Source: Verrucomicrobiia bacterium
GTDB lineage: Bacteria > Verrucomicrobiota > Verrucomicrobiia > Palsa-1439
Assembly (NCBI GenBank): GCA_050013395.1
Contig: JBEKFI010000008.1
Span: forward strand, 1 to 54,852
Direction of reading: 5' to 3'
Length of the DNA stretch: 54,852 nucleotides
Positions 20,176 to 30,078 of the stretch are shown here, piece by piece. The notes below the pieces were generated by a model. The model saw only the letters and a program-made list of their open reading frames with translations. It was not told where the DNA came from and made no database searches. The translations under genes were made by a program, and so were the position numbers. Numbering within the stretch: position 1 is the first letter of the stretch; each line of letters starts with the position of its first letter.

Positions 20176-22674
20176 TCATTTCAGCCAGGTGCGGACCATG
20201 TAGCCCTGGCGCGTGAGGTGGATCGTCACGGCGCCCGTTTCGTCCGTGCGGTACAATTTCACACCGCGACGCTGCAGCCGCTCCCGCAATTCAGGCTGGA
20301 AGTAGCGAGCGCTCGGACGCGCGCTCACTGTTTGCACGACCATTTCCGGCCGCACGGCGTCCAGAAAATCGTCCGTGCACGATGGCTCTCTACCGTGGCG
20401 ACCTTTGATAATGATCTGCGCTCGCAAATCCTCGACGGCTCGGAGCAGACGGCTCTCAACCGTCTCGCCGGCATCCGACATCAGGAGCAGGCGCGTCGGG
20501 CCGAACTCCAACATCAACACCAATGCATTGTCATCACTGCGGTCCAAACGGGCGATGGACGGCGGATTCAGGACAAGCACCTTGAGTTTGTTCGCCACGA
20601 GCATCTCGGCGCCCCCACGAACGCTATGGGTGGCACTCCGCCATTTCTGCACCGTTTGCCGCCACTGTGCGTAAAACCTCGATCGCGACGGCACCCCGCT
20701 CTCGATTACCTGAGTGATCGGAATTTCCTGCGCGACGGCGCTCAGCCCGGCAGCGTGCGCCTCGTCGCCGCGCGTCAACACCAGCGCTCCCAACCGATCC
20801 ACTCCTTGCGCCCGCAGAAAGGGCACTACAACGTGCCGCCCGCTCCACTCACCTCCGCCGTCGATCAACCAATCGTCGTGTTCGCCGGGCAAGTTTACGA
20901 ACATTGACGAGCCATCGTTCAAATCCAGCACTGTAATTTCTGCAGTATCTCCCGGCCACGTCACAAAAACTGCCAGCGCGCAAATGGCGGGCGTCGCAAT
21001 CGCGACCGTCAGTCGCGGCCGCGGCCATGAGATGCGCCGGCTCAGCAACACAATTCCGACACCGTAGTACACGCACACCAGCCACCGTGGCGGCTCTTGC
21101 ACAAACAAATGCCCCCACGGCACGCGCCCCAGCCAGTCCACGCCGCGCATCATCACACCCAACAAACAGAAGTTTGCGTTGTTTAGCGTCAACGTCAGCC
21201 ACGGCCACAACGGATGCGCCATCACCGCCAGTAAACCGAGCGCAATGATGCCGCCCAGCATCGGAATCACCAGCAGATTCGCCACAATGCTGATCGGCGT
21301 AAATAGATGAAAGTACAGCGCCAGCAACGGCACCAACCCGACCCACGCCGCCAACGAGCAACTGAAGAGCTTGACGCCCCAGCGCGCCAGAGAACCCAAA
21401 GCGACTCGCCACTTCGGCACAAACTGGCGTGCCAACAACGGATCGGGTGCAACCAGCGCTTTCAACTTCGATTCAATCCGCGGCGACAACACGACGATGG
21501 CCGTGACCACAGTGAATGAGAGAATAAAACCGCCGTCGAACAACTGCGTCGGATCCCACACCAAGATGATTAGCGCCGCTACTGCCAGATTATTCAACGA
21601 ATCAGTTGGGCGAACCAACATCCAGCCGATCAGCCACACGCCCGCCATTACCAGCGCGCGCACCGCCCCGGGATGGGCACCAGTCGCGAAGACGTACAGC
21701 ACCAAAAGCGGAATCGCCGCCAGCCCGCACCAGCGTCGCGGAATCCGCATCGTGCACAGGAAAACCAATACAATGGCTGTCACGAGACCCACATGCAGTC
21801 CGTTGATGGCGAACACGTGGAAAACGCCCGTTCGCTGAAAATCCTCGTACGTATCGGCCGGAATCTCCGAGCGTTGTCCGATCACCATCCCCGCCAGCAC
21901 ACCTGCCAGTCTCGGTTCGTTCTCCAAGCCGAGCCGTAGCGCCCGCTCGAATCGCTCACGCAAGCGCAGCGACAGCGCGATCAGACGATTGCCTCGATCG
22001 CGCGCGACGATGCGACAAAAATCGGATACGCGAATCGTTGCTGTAAATGGAATGTTCTGACGCGTGAGCCAGTCGCGCCAGTCGAACGTCCCGGGGTTTC
22101 TCGCTGGCTGTGGCACGCGCAAGATCGCCGAGCACTCGATCACATCGCCGTAGCGCAACGGCTCTTGATTGCGTGCTTCACCGACAAACGCCAGCAGCTT
22201 TCCGTCGACCGGTTGCCATTCGCCGTCTTGCTCCAGCGCCTCCAACTGCAGCTTGAAACTGTGGCGATTGGTGGCCGTCAGGTTGTCGCCGGCAAATTCA
22301 TTGGCACTCGCGCTCGCCGGCCAGTTTGAGGACCGCAATGCTGTGGCCGTCTGGTCGGTGTTGACATTGGTACGGTAGCCGGGATCACTGACAATGGTGC
22401 CCCGGAACACCGCGTTCTGGTCGTGGAGTCCGAGAATCTGGCTGAGGTGATCGGGTGAAGAAACCGTGGTTGCGTACCGGTAGGCGAGAACTCCACCCGA
22501 AAAAATGAGCGCGAGCAGAGCAACCAAGGCAAACCGGTTTTGATGCAAAAGAACAAGCGCGGCAAGCAATCCAAGGACGCAGTAACACACCAGCCGCGGC
22601 GGCCATTGAAACAGCGAGCCGACCCAAATTCCTGAGGCGTAGACGATCACCAGCCCCGTGAGCGGCCGTTTCAT
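20176..22674 (-). CDS. comEC: ComEC/Rec2 competence protein
   Basis: RNPGTFD, GVFHVFAINGLHVG, many TM helices, degenerate C-terminal MBL domain, YRTDETGAV. Confidence 0.92.
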   Translation of the reverse strand: MKRPLTGLVIVYASGIWVGSLFQWPPRLVCYCVLGLLAALVLLHQNRFALVALLALIFSGGVLAYRYATTVSSPDHLSQILGLHDQNAVFRGTIVSDPGYRTNVNTDQTATALRSSNWPASASANEFAGDNLTATNRHSFKLQLEALEQDGEWQPVDGKLLAFVGEARNQEPLRYGDVIECSAILRVPQPARNPGTFDWRDWLTRQNIPFTATIRVSDFCRIVARDRGNRLIALSLRLRERFERALRLGLENEPRLAGVLAGMVIGQRSEIPADTYEDFQRTGVFHVFAINGLHVGLVTAIVLVFLCTMRIPRRWCGLAAIPLLVLYVFATGAHPGAVRALVMAGVWLIGWMLVRPTDSLNNLAVAALIILVWDPTQLFDGGFILSFTVVTAIVVLSPRIESKLKALVAPDPLLARQFVPKWRVALGSLARWGVKLFSCSLAAWVGLVPLLALYFHLFTPISIVANLLVIPMLGGIIALGLLAVMAHPLWPWLTLTLNNANFCLLGVMMRGVDWLGRVPWGHLFVQEPPRWLVCVYYGVGIVLLSRRISWPRPRLTVAIATPAICALAVFVTWPGDTAEITVLDLNDGSSMFVNLPGEHDDWLIDGGGEWSGRHVVVPFLRAQGVDRLGALVLTRGDEAHAAGLSAVAQEIPITQVIESGVPSRSRFYAQWRQTVQKWRSATHSVRGGAEMLVANKLKVLVLNPPSIARLDRSDDNALVLMLEFGPTRLLLMSDAGETVESRLLRAVEDLRAQIIIKGRHGREPSCTDDFLDAVRPEMVVQTVSARPSARYFQPELRERLQRRGVKLYRTDETGAVTIHLTRQGYMVRTWLK

Positions 22675-23459
22675 ATTCTCAGCGCACGATAGCGTCCTAT
22701 TCGAATGGCATCACGAATGGCTTTGGTAATGAATCTCTTCGCCCGTCCGATCGACTCCAGCAGACTGTGCCCGAGCGCCAGGTTGGCGGCAATGGCAGCG
22801 GAGAACGTGCATCCCGTGCCGTGAGGTTTGGTGTTCGGCACGACTGGGGCGCTGAACTCGTGGAAATCCTTCCCGTCAAACAACACGTCCACAGCGTGCT
22901 TTGCCTGCGGAAAATGCCCGCCCTTCGTGAGGAAAGGGGCTTCAAATTTCTCTGCTAAGGCGCGTGCTGATTCGCGCAACTCATCCACCGTACGAATCTT
23001 CTGCTGCCAGAGAACTTCCGCCTCCGCAAGGTTCGGTGTCACAACAGCCGCCCGAGGCAGCAGTTTGGTTTTCAGCGCAGAAAGGGCGTCTTTTTTCAGC
23101 AGCAGAGCGCCACTGCTTGCCAGCATCACAGGATCGACGACGAGGGATTTGAATGCGTGCTTGCGAAACACGGAAGCGACTGTCTCGATGATCTCTGCGT
23201 CGTAAAGCATGCCGGTCTTTGCGCCCCCGACCCGGAACGCGGCAAACACGCAATCCATCTGCTCGCCAACGACGCCCGCGTCGACCGCCTGCACAGCTGT
23301 GATTCGATCAGGATTCTGCGCAGTGATGCAGGTGATGGCGCACGTACCAAACACGCCAAACGCACGAAACGTGTTCAAGTCGGCCTGGATGCCCGCTCCG
23401 CCGCCGCTGTCCGAACCGGCCACGGTCAACGCCACGCACCCTGAGTTGTCAGCCTTCAT
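22671..23459 (-). CDS. thiD: Hydroxymethylpyrimidine/phosphomethylpyrimidine kinase
   Basis: [37 protein letters not shown]. Confidence 0.96.
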   Translation of the reverse strand: MKADNSGCVALTVAGSDSGGGAGIQADLNTFRAFGVFGTCAITCITAQNPDRITAVQAVDAGVVGEQMDCVFAAFRVGGAKTGMLYDAEIIETVASVFRKHAFKSLVVDPVMLASSGALLLKKDALSALKTKLLPRAAVVTPNLAEAEVLWQQKIRTVDELRESARALAEKFEAPFLTKGGHFPQAKHAVDVLFDGKDFHEFSAPVVPNTKPHGTGCTFSAAIAANLALGHSLLESIGRAKRFITKAIRDAIRIGRYRALRI

Positions 23460-23526
23460 AGGGCTCCTAAGTTCATCCTACCATGCCGCGAGTGAATTGG
23501 AAGCTGAAAACCCGGACGCGGCAAGT

Positions 23527-23928
23527 TCACTTGGGCGCTTCGGGCTGACGAGCGGAGTTGGTCATCGGCTCGGGCTGATCGACTTTAATGCGCTTCACGA
23601 GCGCCTGTCCAAGTTCGTTCGTGTAGTAGCTGAGTTTAATGCTCTCGCCAATCTTGAGTTTGTCCAAGGCGATCTTTTCTTTTCCCCGGAAGATGTACGT
23701 GCGAATCGTCACATCAAAACTCCGTGCTCCCTTTGGAGTCTTGATGTTGAGCCGCTTGCTGCCGAGATCCAGCCTTTCGATCGTTCCGCTGGCAAACGGA
23801 TACTGCTCGGAAGGAGGCGGAAGGTTCGTCTGCTGTGATCGCAAGGGCGGCGTGACGTGGCCAAAGCCCAAAGCAATGACGACGACAAGCGCAATTCGAG
23901 ATGCTGGTTTGATCAAAGGAACCTCCAA
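23527..23928 (-). CDS. Secreted small beta-barrel protein (similar pattern to 17607-17972)
   Basis: Hydrophobic N-terminus; SGTIERLD...[14 protein letters not shown]. Confidence 0.65.
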   Translation of the reverse strand: MEVPLIKPASRIALVVVIALGFGHVTPPLRSQQTNLPPPSEQYPFASGTIERLDLGSKRLNIKTPKGARSFDVTIRTYIFRGKEKIALDKLKIGESIKLSYYTNELGQALVKRIKVDQPEPMTNSARQPEAPK

Positions 23929-23954
23929 TTTCTCCAGCGCGCCGCAACGCCTGA

Positions 23955-24383
23955 CTACGACGGCAGAGTTTTGCCTGGAGGTTTGACTTCAGCAGTATGG
24001 TCTGTCTGACTCGGCCGCGGAAGCACAAGCGCGACGACCGCGCGCGGCGGCGCGGCCATTTGGGGAATCTGCCGGAGGATACCATTGCCATTGGCGGAAT
24101 CAATTTCGAAAATCAGGGTGGTGTTGCCGACCTGAATCTTGTCGCCCGATGACAGGTTACCTTCGAACACCCGCGCTCCGTTTCGGTACGTGCCGTTGGT
24201 CGAGCCCAAGTCCTTCAGGGTGAATTGATTGTTGGCGTAACCGATCCCACAATGAATGCGCGAAATGAATGCGTCGTACACTTGGATATCGGATCCCGGC
24301 AAGCGGCCGACAATGAGCGGCTTGCTCCCGAATTCGAGAATCTTCTCCGTCCCGTCCGGTCGTTTATGGATGAGCGAGGGCAT
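23955..24383 (-). CDS. FHA domain protein
   Basis: VGR, ISRIH, DLGSTNGT, GDKIQVG; ATG at 24383. Confidence 0.9.
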   Translation of the reverse strand: MPSLIHKRPDGTEKILEFGSKPLIVGRLPGSDIQVYDAFISRIHCGIGYANNQFTLKDLGSTNGTYRNGARVFEGNLSSGDKIQVGNTTLIFEIDSANGNGILRQIPQMAAPPRAVVALVLPRPSQTDHTAEVKPPGKTLPS

Positions 24384-24948
24384 GACCTGAAATAAGTTCG
24401 CAAATCTCTTCGCGTTGCGCTGCGAATTCGGCATCCGTCAGCACGGGTGTGACGTCAGCGGTAATCGTCCGCTCCAACTCGATCCAGCTCTTGCACCCGC
24501 CATAGTTCTCATGCATGGCAACTTGCTGCGGAGCGGGAAGCCGATACACACGCGCGATCAGCGCATGCAGTCCCGGTTCGCGGCCGGACTCGAAACGCTG
24601 CTGCAGAATCTGCTCGTTCCAGATGTGCCGTCCCTGCAATCGCTTGAGAGGATGAACGTCAGATATTCTCAGCACAGGGTCGGCCACCACGAAAAATTCG
24701 ATGTCCACAGCGTCCTTTACCATGCGGGCAGCTATCTCACGGAGAGCAGGCCGCTTGGACGGAATGATGGAGCGTTCCGCCTCGTGAAATTGGGTTGGGA
24801 AAAGCCAAAACTCGCGGTGATCGACGAGGAACTCGCCGCGGTTTTCCCGGATGCCGCCTTTGCGCAAAATGATGATTTGCTCGCCTCGCCCCAGCGCGTC
24901 AACGACTGGGGCCCATTCCCTAAACGCAATTTCGGAACTCACCTGCAT
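24364..24948 (-). CDS. DUF1802 family protein
   Basis: AFREW...ALGRGEQIIILRKGGIRE, FWLFPT.FHE, YGGCKSW. Confidence 0.88.
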   Translation of the reverse strand: MQVSSEIAFREWAPVVDALGRGEQIIILRKGGIRENRGEFLVDHREFWLFPTQFHEAERSIIPSKRPALREIAARMVKDAVDIEFFVVADPVLRISDVHPLKRLQGRHIWNEQILQQRFESGREPGLHALIARVYRLPAPQQVAMHENYGGCKSWIELERTITADVTPVLTDAEFAAQREEICELISGHALAHP

Positions 24949-25005
24949 GATGCCAAAGCTATTTAGCGCATTTGCTTGGCCCTGTCCACAATCAAATCGC
25001 ACTGC

Positions 25006-25034
25006 TTGACAGCACGGTCGTCGGCTGTTACAAA
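25006..25034 (+). promoter_or_regulatory. Putative sigma70 promoter
   Basis: TTGACA-N17-TACAAA upstream of the lipoprotein gene. Confidence 0.45.
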
Positions 25035-25090
25035 ACAGCAATGCGCGGCGACTCGGTAACTACAATCGCAACGAACCAAAGGACTACACG

Positions 25091-25483
25091 ATGAAGAATA
25101 GTTTATCTGCATTCAGGTTGGGCATCTTAGTGACTCTCGCAACGGGCATGGCGCTGGCAGTTTCCTGCTCTCAACCGGCGCCGGTGGCAACGCCGCCACT
25201 GCCTCCTGCTCCTGAAGTCGGGCGCTTCCAAATCGTCGTGACGGCGGAAGGTGAACGTGGGTCGGTGCTGTTTTTGGTGGATACCAAGGAGGGTGCCACA
25301 TGGATTTATCGTCCGCCGCAAGGCCCTGCGGTGAACGGTTTTTGGAGCGACATTCCACGGGTGACTTACGGGGGCGACTTCTGGCAACGGGCGTTTTCTC
25401 AGATTGCACAGCAACCAGCCCCGCCGAGCAGCACGCCCAGCAGAGCAACCAACGCGCCTGCACCGTCGGTGACAAACCGTTAA
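25091..25483 (+). CDS. Putative lipoprotein
   Basis: Lipobox-like LAVSC; GRFQIV...FLVDTKEGATW. Confidence 0.7.
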   Translation: MKNSLSAFRLGILVTLATGMALAVSCSQPAPVATPPLPPAPEVGRFQIVVTAEGERGSVLFLVDTKEGATWIYRPPQGPAVNGFWSDIPRVTYGGDFWQRAFSQIAQQPAPPSSTPSRATNAPAPSVTNR

Positions 25484-25572
25484 ACCTGCTCATGTCCAGT
25501 CCGACTTAACGCACGAAGAAATGGCGCGGATTGATGAATTGTGCCGGACGAACTTCGGGTGGGGCGCCTTGA

Positions 25573-26226
25573 TCAAGCCTCAGACGGCGTCGACTTGATG
25601 ATCCGGTAGTGGGTCGCCTTCTTCAAGAATCCTGTAATTTCCTTCTTTGCGTCCTTGACGAGCGGATCGCCGTGGGCAAACGTGGCGACCTTAAAATTCA
25701 GGTCGAGCAGTTGGCGCAACGACTGGAGGGCCTGCTTTTTGTCTTCGAGGTACTGCGCGGGCAAGAGCGCAAGACCCTTCCCCGGTATGTTCAGCAGCGA
25801 GTCGCCGATCAGAACGATGCCACCGCTTTGCCTAGTGTAGAATGCGACACTGCCTGCTGCCGATCCCGGCAATGGGATCACTCTTACGCCGCCAGGCAGT
25901 TTCTCGCCATCGAGCACCAGCACGTTGATCTTCGTGTCACAATCCGCCTTCGCTTTTTCGTGCGCGTAAACTTGTATCTCGTATCGCTTGCGAAACCAAT
26001 CGGCGTCGCGGTCGTGGTCCGCGTTGGTCAGGAAAACAGCGAGGGGCTCGCCCAAGGCTTCCAGTTTCTCGATCACCTCGGGAGCGGGTTTCATGGGATC
26101 GATGAACACGACGCCATCAGGCGTCTTCAGCGCGTAACTGTCGAAATCGATTTTCCACTGGGCGTGGAAGCTGGACCAACCGTACAAGGTTTTGGTGATT
26201 TCCTTTAGGTTCGTCGCCGGCGTCAT
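25573..26226 (-). CDS. MBL-fold metallo-hydrolase (degenerate)
   Basis: FIDP, LTNADHDRD, IGDSL, FAHG. Confidence 0.8.
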   Translation of the reverse strand: MTPATNLKEITKTLYGWSSFHAQWKIDFDSYALKTPDGVVFIDPMKPAPEVIEKLEALGEPLAVFLTNADHDRDADWFRKRYEIQVYAHEKAKADCDTKINVLVLDGEKLPGGVRVIPLPGSAAGSVAFYTRQSGGIVLIGDSLLNIPGKGLALLPAQYLEDKKQALQSLRQLLDLNFKVATFAHGDPLVKDAKKEITGFLKKATHYRIIKSTPSEA

Positions 26227-26344
26227 GGCTGAAAATATCCGCGATGGTTTGCTGAAACCGTGCCGAGTCTAACTCCAGAGAGGGTCCAATGGCAAGTCAG
26301 GTGTTTATTGCGCTGCACGCTGAAGGGAGCTGATGACCGGCTTT

Positions 26345-26650
26345 TCATCCAAGGCTGGGCGCCGTGATACAGACAATGTCACCCAATATCTGGCACTGAC
26401 AGCTCAACCGATGGCTGGCAGGTTTGCCTTTCAGTTTGAAATGTTCCCGCAAAGTCTTGGGAGATAGATTTTCAAGGCCCTCGACAATTTCCATGACGCA
26501 GGTGCCGCACAGGCCGTTCCCGCGACAGTTGGCAATCTGGTTGATACCTTTGTACACCTCAACGTCATTGAGCAGCGCCACCTTGCGCAGGTTGGCGTAC
26601 TGGCCACAACTGACTTTTTTACCCGCGTTTAAGAATTCAACCGTTGGCAT
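26345..26650 (-). CDS. 2Fe-2S ferredoxin
   Basis: CRGNGLCGTC...RLSCQ. Confidence 0.92.
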   Translation of the reverse strand: MPTVEFLNAGKKVSCGQYANLRKVALLNDVEVYKGINQIANCRGNGLCGTCVMEIVEGLENLSPKTLREHFKLKGKPASHRLSCQCQILGDIVCITAPSLG

Positions 26651-26727
26651 AACTCTCCTTCTCTGTCACGGTTTCACAACCTGTATACGAAAAACTCAAA
26701 ATCACTGCAATGGTTTGCACTCGGTAA

Positions 26728-27267
26728 TCAGCGGACGGATGGAAACAGCCCTCGCTCCAGAAACTCGTGGAAGACGCGACGAAATGAGGGAGCGCAACAC
26801 TCGCGATGCTGAGCGATCAATGCTCTCACAGAACTCACGGGGAAGAGGCGGCCTGCTTCGATCTCCGCTGGGTTGACGGTCGGCGTAAAATCACCCTGAA
26901 TGCTGTAAACCCAGACGAACTCCCGGCCCGTTTCCGGACAGGCCGCAATTTTGAAATGCTTGCGCAGAAGCTGTGGGGATACTTCCAGTCCCAGTTCTTC
27001 CTGCAACTCGCGGACGGCACAGGCGTCGTATTCCTCGCCGCTACCCAGATGGCCAGAGGCGCTGGAATCGTAACAACCGGGGAACGTGTCTTTCGTCGCG
27101 CTGCGCTTTTGAACAAAAAGCTCACCCGCCGGGTTGAAGACAAAAACGTGAACCGCACGGTGTTTGAGCCCGCGGGCATGGACTTCCTCGCGTGAAGCAC
27201 TCCCGATTACTTGGTCATGATCATTGACAACGTCAAGGATCTCCTCGCGCACATCGTCCTGATGCAT
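26728..27267 (-). CDS. NUDIX hydrolase (IPP-isomerase/YfcD-like)
   Basis: HRAVHVFVFN, QKRS..KD.FPG, GH..SGE....AVRELQEELG. Confidence 0.9.
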   Translation of the reverse strand: MHQDDVREEILDVVNDHDQVIGSASREEVHARGLKHRAVHVFVFNPAGELFVQKRSATKDTFPGCYDSSASGHLGSGEEYDACAVRELQEELGLEVSPQLLRKHFKIAACPETGREFVWVYSIQGDFTPTVNPAEIEAGRLFPVSSVRALIAQHRECCAPSFRRVFHEFLERGLFPSVR

Positions 27268-27306
27268 GCTGTAATGAAAGCACAAGCGTCCGCAACTTAC
27301 ACTGGC

Positions 27307-27338
27307 AAAAAGAAAAGCCCCCCGAATTCTCGGGGGGC
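27307..27338 (-). terminator. Rho-independent terminator of the porin gene
   Basis: GCCCCCCGA-N4-TCGGGGGGC with U-tract on the minus strand. Confidence 0.85.
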
Positions 27339-27366
27339 TCTTCGGTAAGTCTGTTCTAATGCGTGA

Positions 27367-28755
27367 TCAGAACTTGACGTTGAGTTCGCCACGAACTTCT
27401 TGCACGGCCGCGTCCGCGTTGCCTTTGTTGAAGGCACCGTCAGGAATGAACGCGGCGTACACCAACTGGACCCGGACGTCTTTGCTATAGTCGTAGCCAA
27501 GAATCGTGTCGATTTCCCAACCCAGTCCGCCGCCGTCGCCTTGGGCCGCAAAGGCCAAACCGCCGAAGTCCACGTTGGCACCGCTTGGGCAGGCGCCCAC
27601 ACCGGTGTCGGAGTCAGCCCTCATGTAGTAGTAACCCTGCAGAGACAGAGTTGTGTTCTCATAAGGCTTGACTGAAGCGCCCAGGTTGAAGATGTGGATG
27701 TTCGACAGCGCAGGAGCAAACACGTAGCCATTGTAGCCATCCGCGTAGTCAAACCACGGGACGAAGTTGCCGGACGCGTAGATGTAATTCGCATTAATGG
27801 CCGGCGTCCACTGTGTGTTCTTCATCGTAAAACGACCGCCAACGTTTACCAAGAACGCATCGATATTCACAGGATCATTAATGCCATTCGCTCCGCCTTC
27901 ATAGGCGCCTTCAAGCCAAACTTGAAAGCCGTCAGCAGGTTGCACATCGCTGCGCGCTCCGATGATCCACGGCGAAGCACCGTTGACTGACGGCGGGACC
28001 CGCGAGGAAGCGAACCCGGCCGCGCCACTCGAACCCTGTGCGAGCCAACCAAAGTAAGCTTCAACGTTCTTGATGATCGAATCCGTCAGCTCATACCGTG
28101 CGTTGACGAACAGCAAGTCAGCGCTTCCGCAAGTGGCGCCGGCAATCTTATTCGGTGTGGCAGCAAAGGCTTGGTTGTTTACCACCTCAGCGGCCACCAA
28201 GTCGATCGTCAGCGGGTAATAATCCAACACCAGCCGACCCGCATCGAAGTTGTACTCCTGCTCCGCACTGCTGAGGATCAACCCGTGACCATAGTTCAAA
28301 TACTGACGGCCAATCTTCAACGTGGCGGGTGTGTAGAACACCTCGTTCAGTTGAACATAAGCCTCGTCGATACCAACGCCCCAGCCTCTGTTAATGCGTG
28401 AACCTCCCGGGCGACCTAGACCTGCTCCTGCGGTACCCCCGTTCGCCGTGTCTCCGTTTGAATCAGTGATCTGCTGCTCGTCATTGGCACCCCAAAGCCC
28501 TTCGGCTTTGAGCGTGACCACCACCAGCACGTGATCCTCGAGATCCGCTTCCACGGACACGCGAGTCCGCTGGCTAATGAACGACGTGTTCGCTATTGCT
28601 TGGTCGGTAGTAACCGGGTCTGCACCTGCATTGTCCAAGAAATACGCGCGAAGCCGGATATCACCGCTCAGGCGGATATTCTGAACGTCCGCGTAGGTTC
28701 TACTGGCTAACCCCCCCAGGGCCACCAGCGCAACTACTAGCCATAGTTTCTTCAC
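27367..28755 (-). CDS. Outer-membrane beta-barrel (alginate-export-family-like porin)
   Basis: Signal peptide, LKIGRQ, GWEID, C-terminal F (ELNVKF); AGGAGG RBS. Confidence 0.82.
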   Translation of the reverse strand: MKKLWLVVALVALGGLASRTYADVQNIRLSGDIRLRAYFLDNAGADPVTTDQAIANTSFISQRTRVSVEADLEDHVLVVVTLKAEGLWGANDEQQITDSNGDTANGGTAGAGLGRPGGSRINRGWGVGIDEAYVQLNEVFYTPATLKIGRQYLNYGHGLILSSAEQEYNFDAGRLVLDYYPLTIDLVAAEVVNNQAFAATPNKIAGATCGSADLLFVNARYELTDSIIKNVEAYFGWLAQGSSGAAGFASSRVPPSVNGASPWIIGARSDVQPADGFQVWLEGAYEGGANGINDPVNIDAFLVNVGGRFTMKNTQWTPAINANYIYASGNFVPWFDYADGYNGYVFAPALSNIHIFNLGASVKPYENTTLSLQGYYYMRADSDTGVGACPSGANVDFGGLAFAAQGDGGGLGWEIDTILGYDYSKDVRVQLVYAAFIPDGAFNKGNADAAVQEVRGELNVKF

Positions 28756-29026
28756 TTGTGTCCTCCTTTGTTTGCGTTTGCTGATTTAGCACTGCTTTCT
28801 TGGAGCAACTCCTCACGCGCTCCAAGATTGGCCTGACTTCTGTTGCCCAAGCGTGTGGGCAATTCTTATTTCGCTTGCCTGCCAATACGAAACGTCGGCT
28901 AACTGGACAATCTGAATATGCTTAGGGCCACCCCCTTTCATTGTCCGTCACAGCCACCGTTCTGCCATGCTGGGGAAAACCATTTTTCCCACCCCCTTGG
29001 CGGCAGACTTCCTCCAAATTGCGGCG

Positions 29027-29055
29027 AGTATTAAACCTGAGACAAGAACTGTCAA
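29027..29055 (-). promoter_or_regulatory. Putative sigma70 promoter of the porin gene
   Basis: TTGACA-N17-AATACT preceded by an A-tract; implies a leader of about 265 nt. Confidence 0.55.
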
Positions 29056-29105
29056 GCACGAAAACGCCCTTTTTTTTGCCTCACAACCGCCTAAAGGCCA
29101 AACCC

Positions 29106-29819
29106 TTACGGCTGGCGTCCCGTAACTGGGGCGGGTGCACTGGCGGGGTTGAAAGGCAAGTTCAACTCTTGTTGAGTCGTTGACAAAGTCTCCCGCTGTT
29201 GTTCTCTCGATAAAACCGTCCACCTTCTGAAAGCCTCCGATTGCCACGGCGATCCCTGTGCCGCGGCGAGCAGTTCTTCGTACATCTGGCGGGCCTCTTT
29301 CGTCTGCCCCAAAGCCTCCGCACACTGCGCTGCGCCCATTCGAGCAGCTAGTGAGACGTATCCACTGGGATCGGATGAAGCCAACTGAAGATATTGCTCT
29401 TTCGCCGCCTGAAGATTCCCCTGCGCTTCCTGCACGGCTGCCAGCCCGAGCCGTGCGGCCTGTACGAGAGGATGACGGGGATATTCGGTCAGAAACTTCT
29501 GATCAACGGCCACCACTTCATTGTATTTTCCGTCGCGGAAATAGATGTCTCCAAGGCGTATCATGGCGGCGGCGGCCACTTCTTTGCCTGGGTAGTCCTG
29601 GATGATTCTTTGCAACGAGACAGCGTCTCTCGCCTCCGCCAGTCTTGCCGCCGCATTTTCTTCTTCCTGAGCCGCGCGCTTCTGCCAAAGGAACGCGGCA
29701 ACGCCAAGCCCCAAGACCGCTACAGTGATTGATACAACCTTCCGCCCATGTTTCTCCCAGAAGATGTCGGGCTCAAACTGCTCAAGAAAGCCAACGCCCG
29801 ATTTCGTAATGTTTGTCAC
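29106..29819 (-). CDS. YfgM-like membrane-anchored TPR protein
   Basis: FWEKHG plus TM helix, followed by TPR-like helices. Confidence 0.8.
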   Translation of the reverse strand: MTNITKSGVGFLEQFEPDIFWEKHGRKVVSITVAVLGLGVAAFLWQKRAAQEEENAAARLAEARDAVSLQRIIQDYPGKEVAAAAMIRLGDIYFRDGKYNEVVAVDQKFLTEYPRHPLVQAARLGLAAVQEAQGNLQAAKEQYLQLASSDPSGYVSLAARMGAAQCAEALGQTKEARQMYEELLAAAQGSPWQSEAFRRWTVLSREQQRETLSTTQQELNLPFNPASAPAPVTGRQP

Positions 29820-29892
29820 GGATTATCCCTCAAAAAGAGGGAACATTTTCAATGAAATCTCCAAAAAGGCAAGCCTATAAACGATCATTCTC

Positions 29893-30076
29893 TCACTTCC
29901 TTCGGTGCAGCGCCCACCACTCACGGAAAAACAATCGAAAGAAAGCTACATCCTCTACCAGATAGCGGCGCCAGAGCCTGCGCGGCTCCTGTCCCAGACG
30001 GTAAACCATTCCAATCCGCAGCGCTGCATCCACACAGGCGCACTCCGAACAGAACAACCCGCTTCGGCTGATCCAG
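29893..30076 (-). pseudogene. WecB/TagA/CpsF (WecG-like) glycosyltransferase remnant
   Basis: APVWMQRCGLEWF, 1-nt frameshift, then RLGQEPRRLWRRYL; preceded by N-terminal-like RVVLFGV; absent from the ORF track in this form. Confidence 0.85.
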
Positions 30077-30078
30077 CT

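Noticed and set aside
28786-28796. TTAGCACTG resembling a CIRCE half-site
   Set aside because: No matching second arm at 9-nt spacing and not upstream of a chaperone gene
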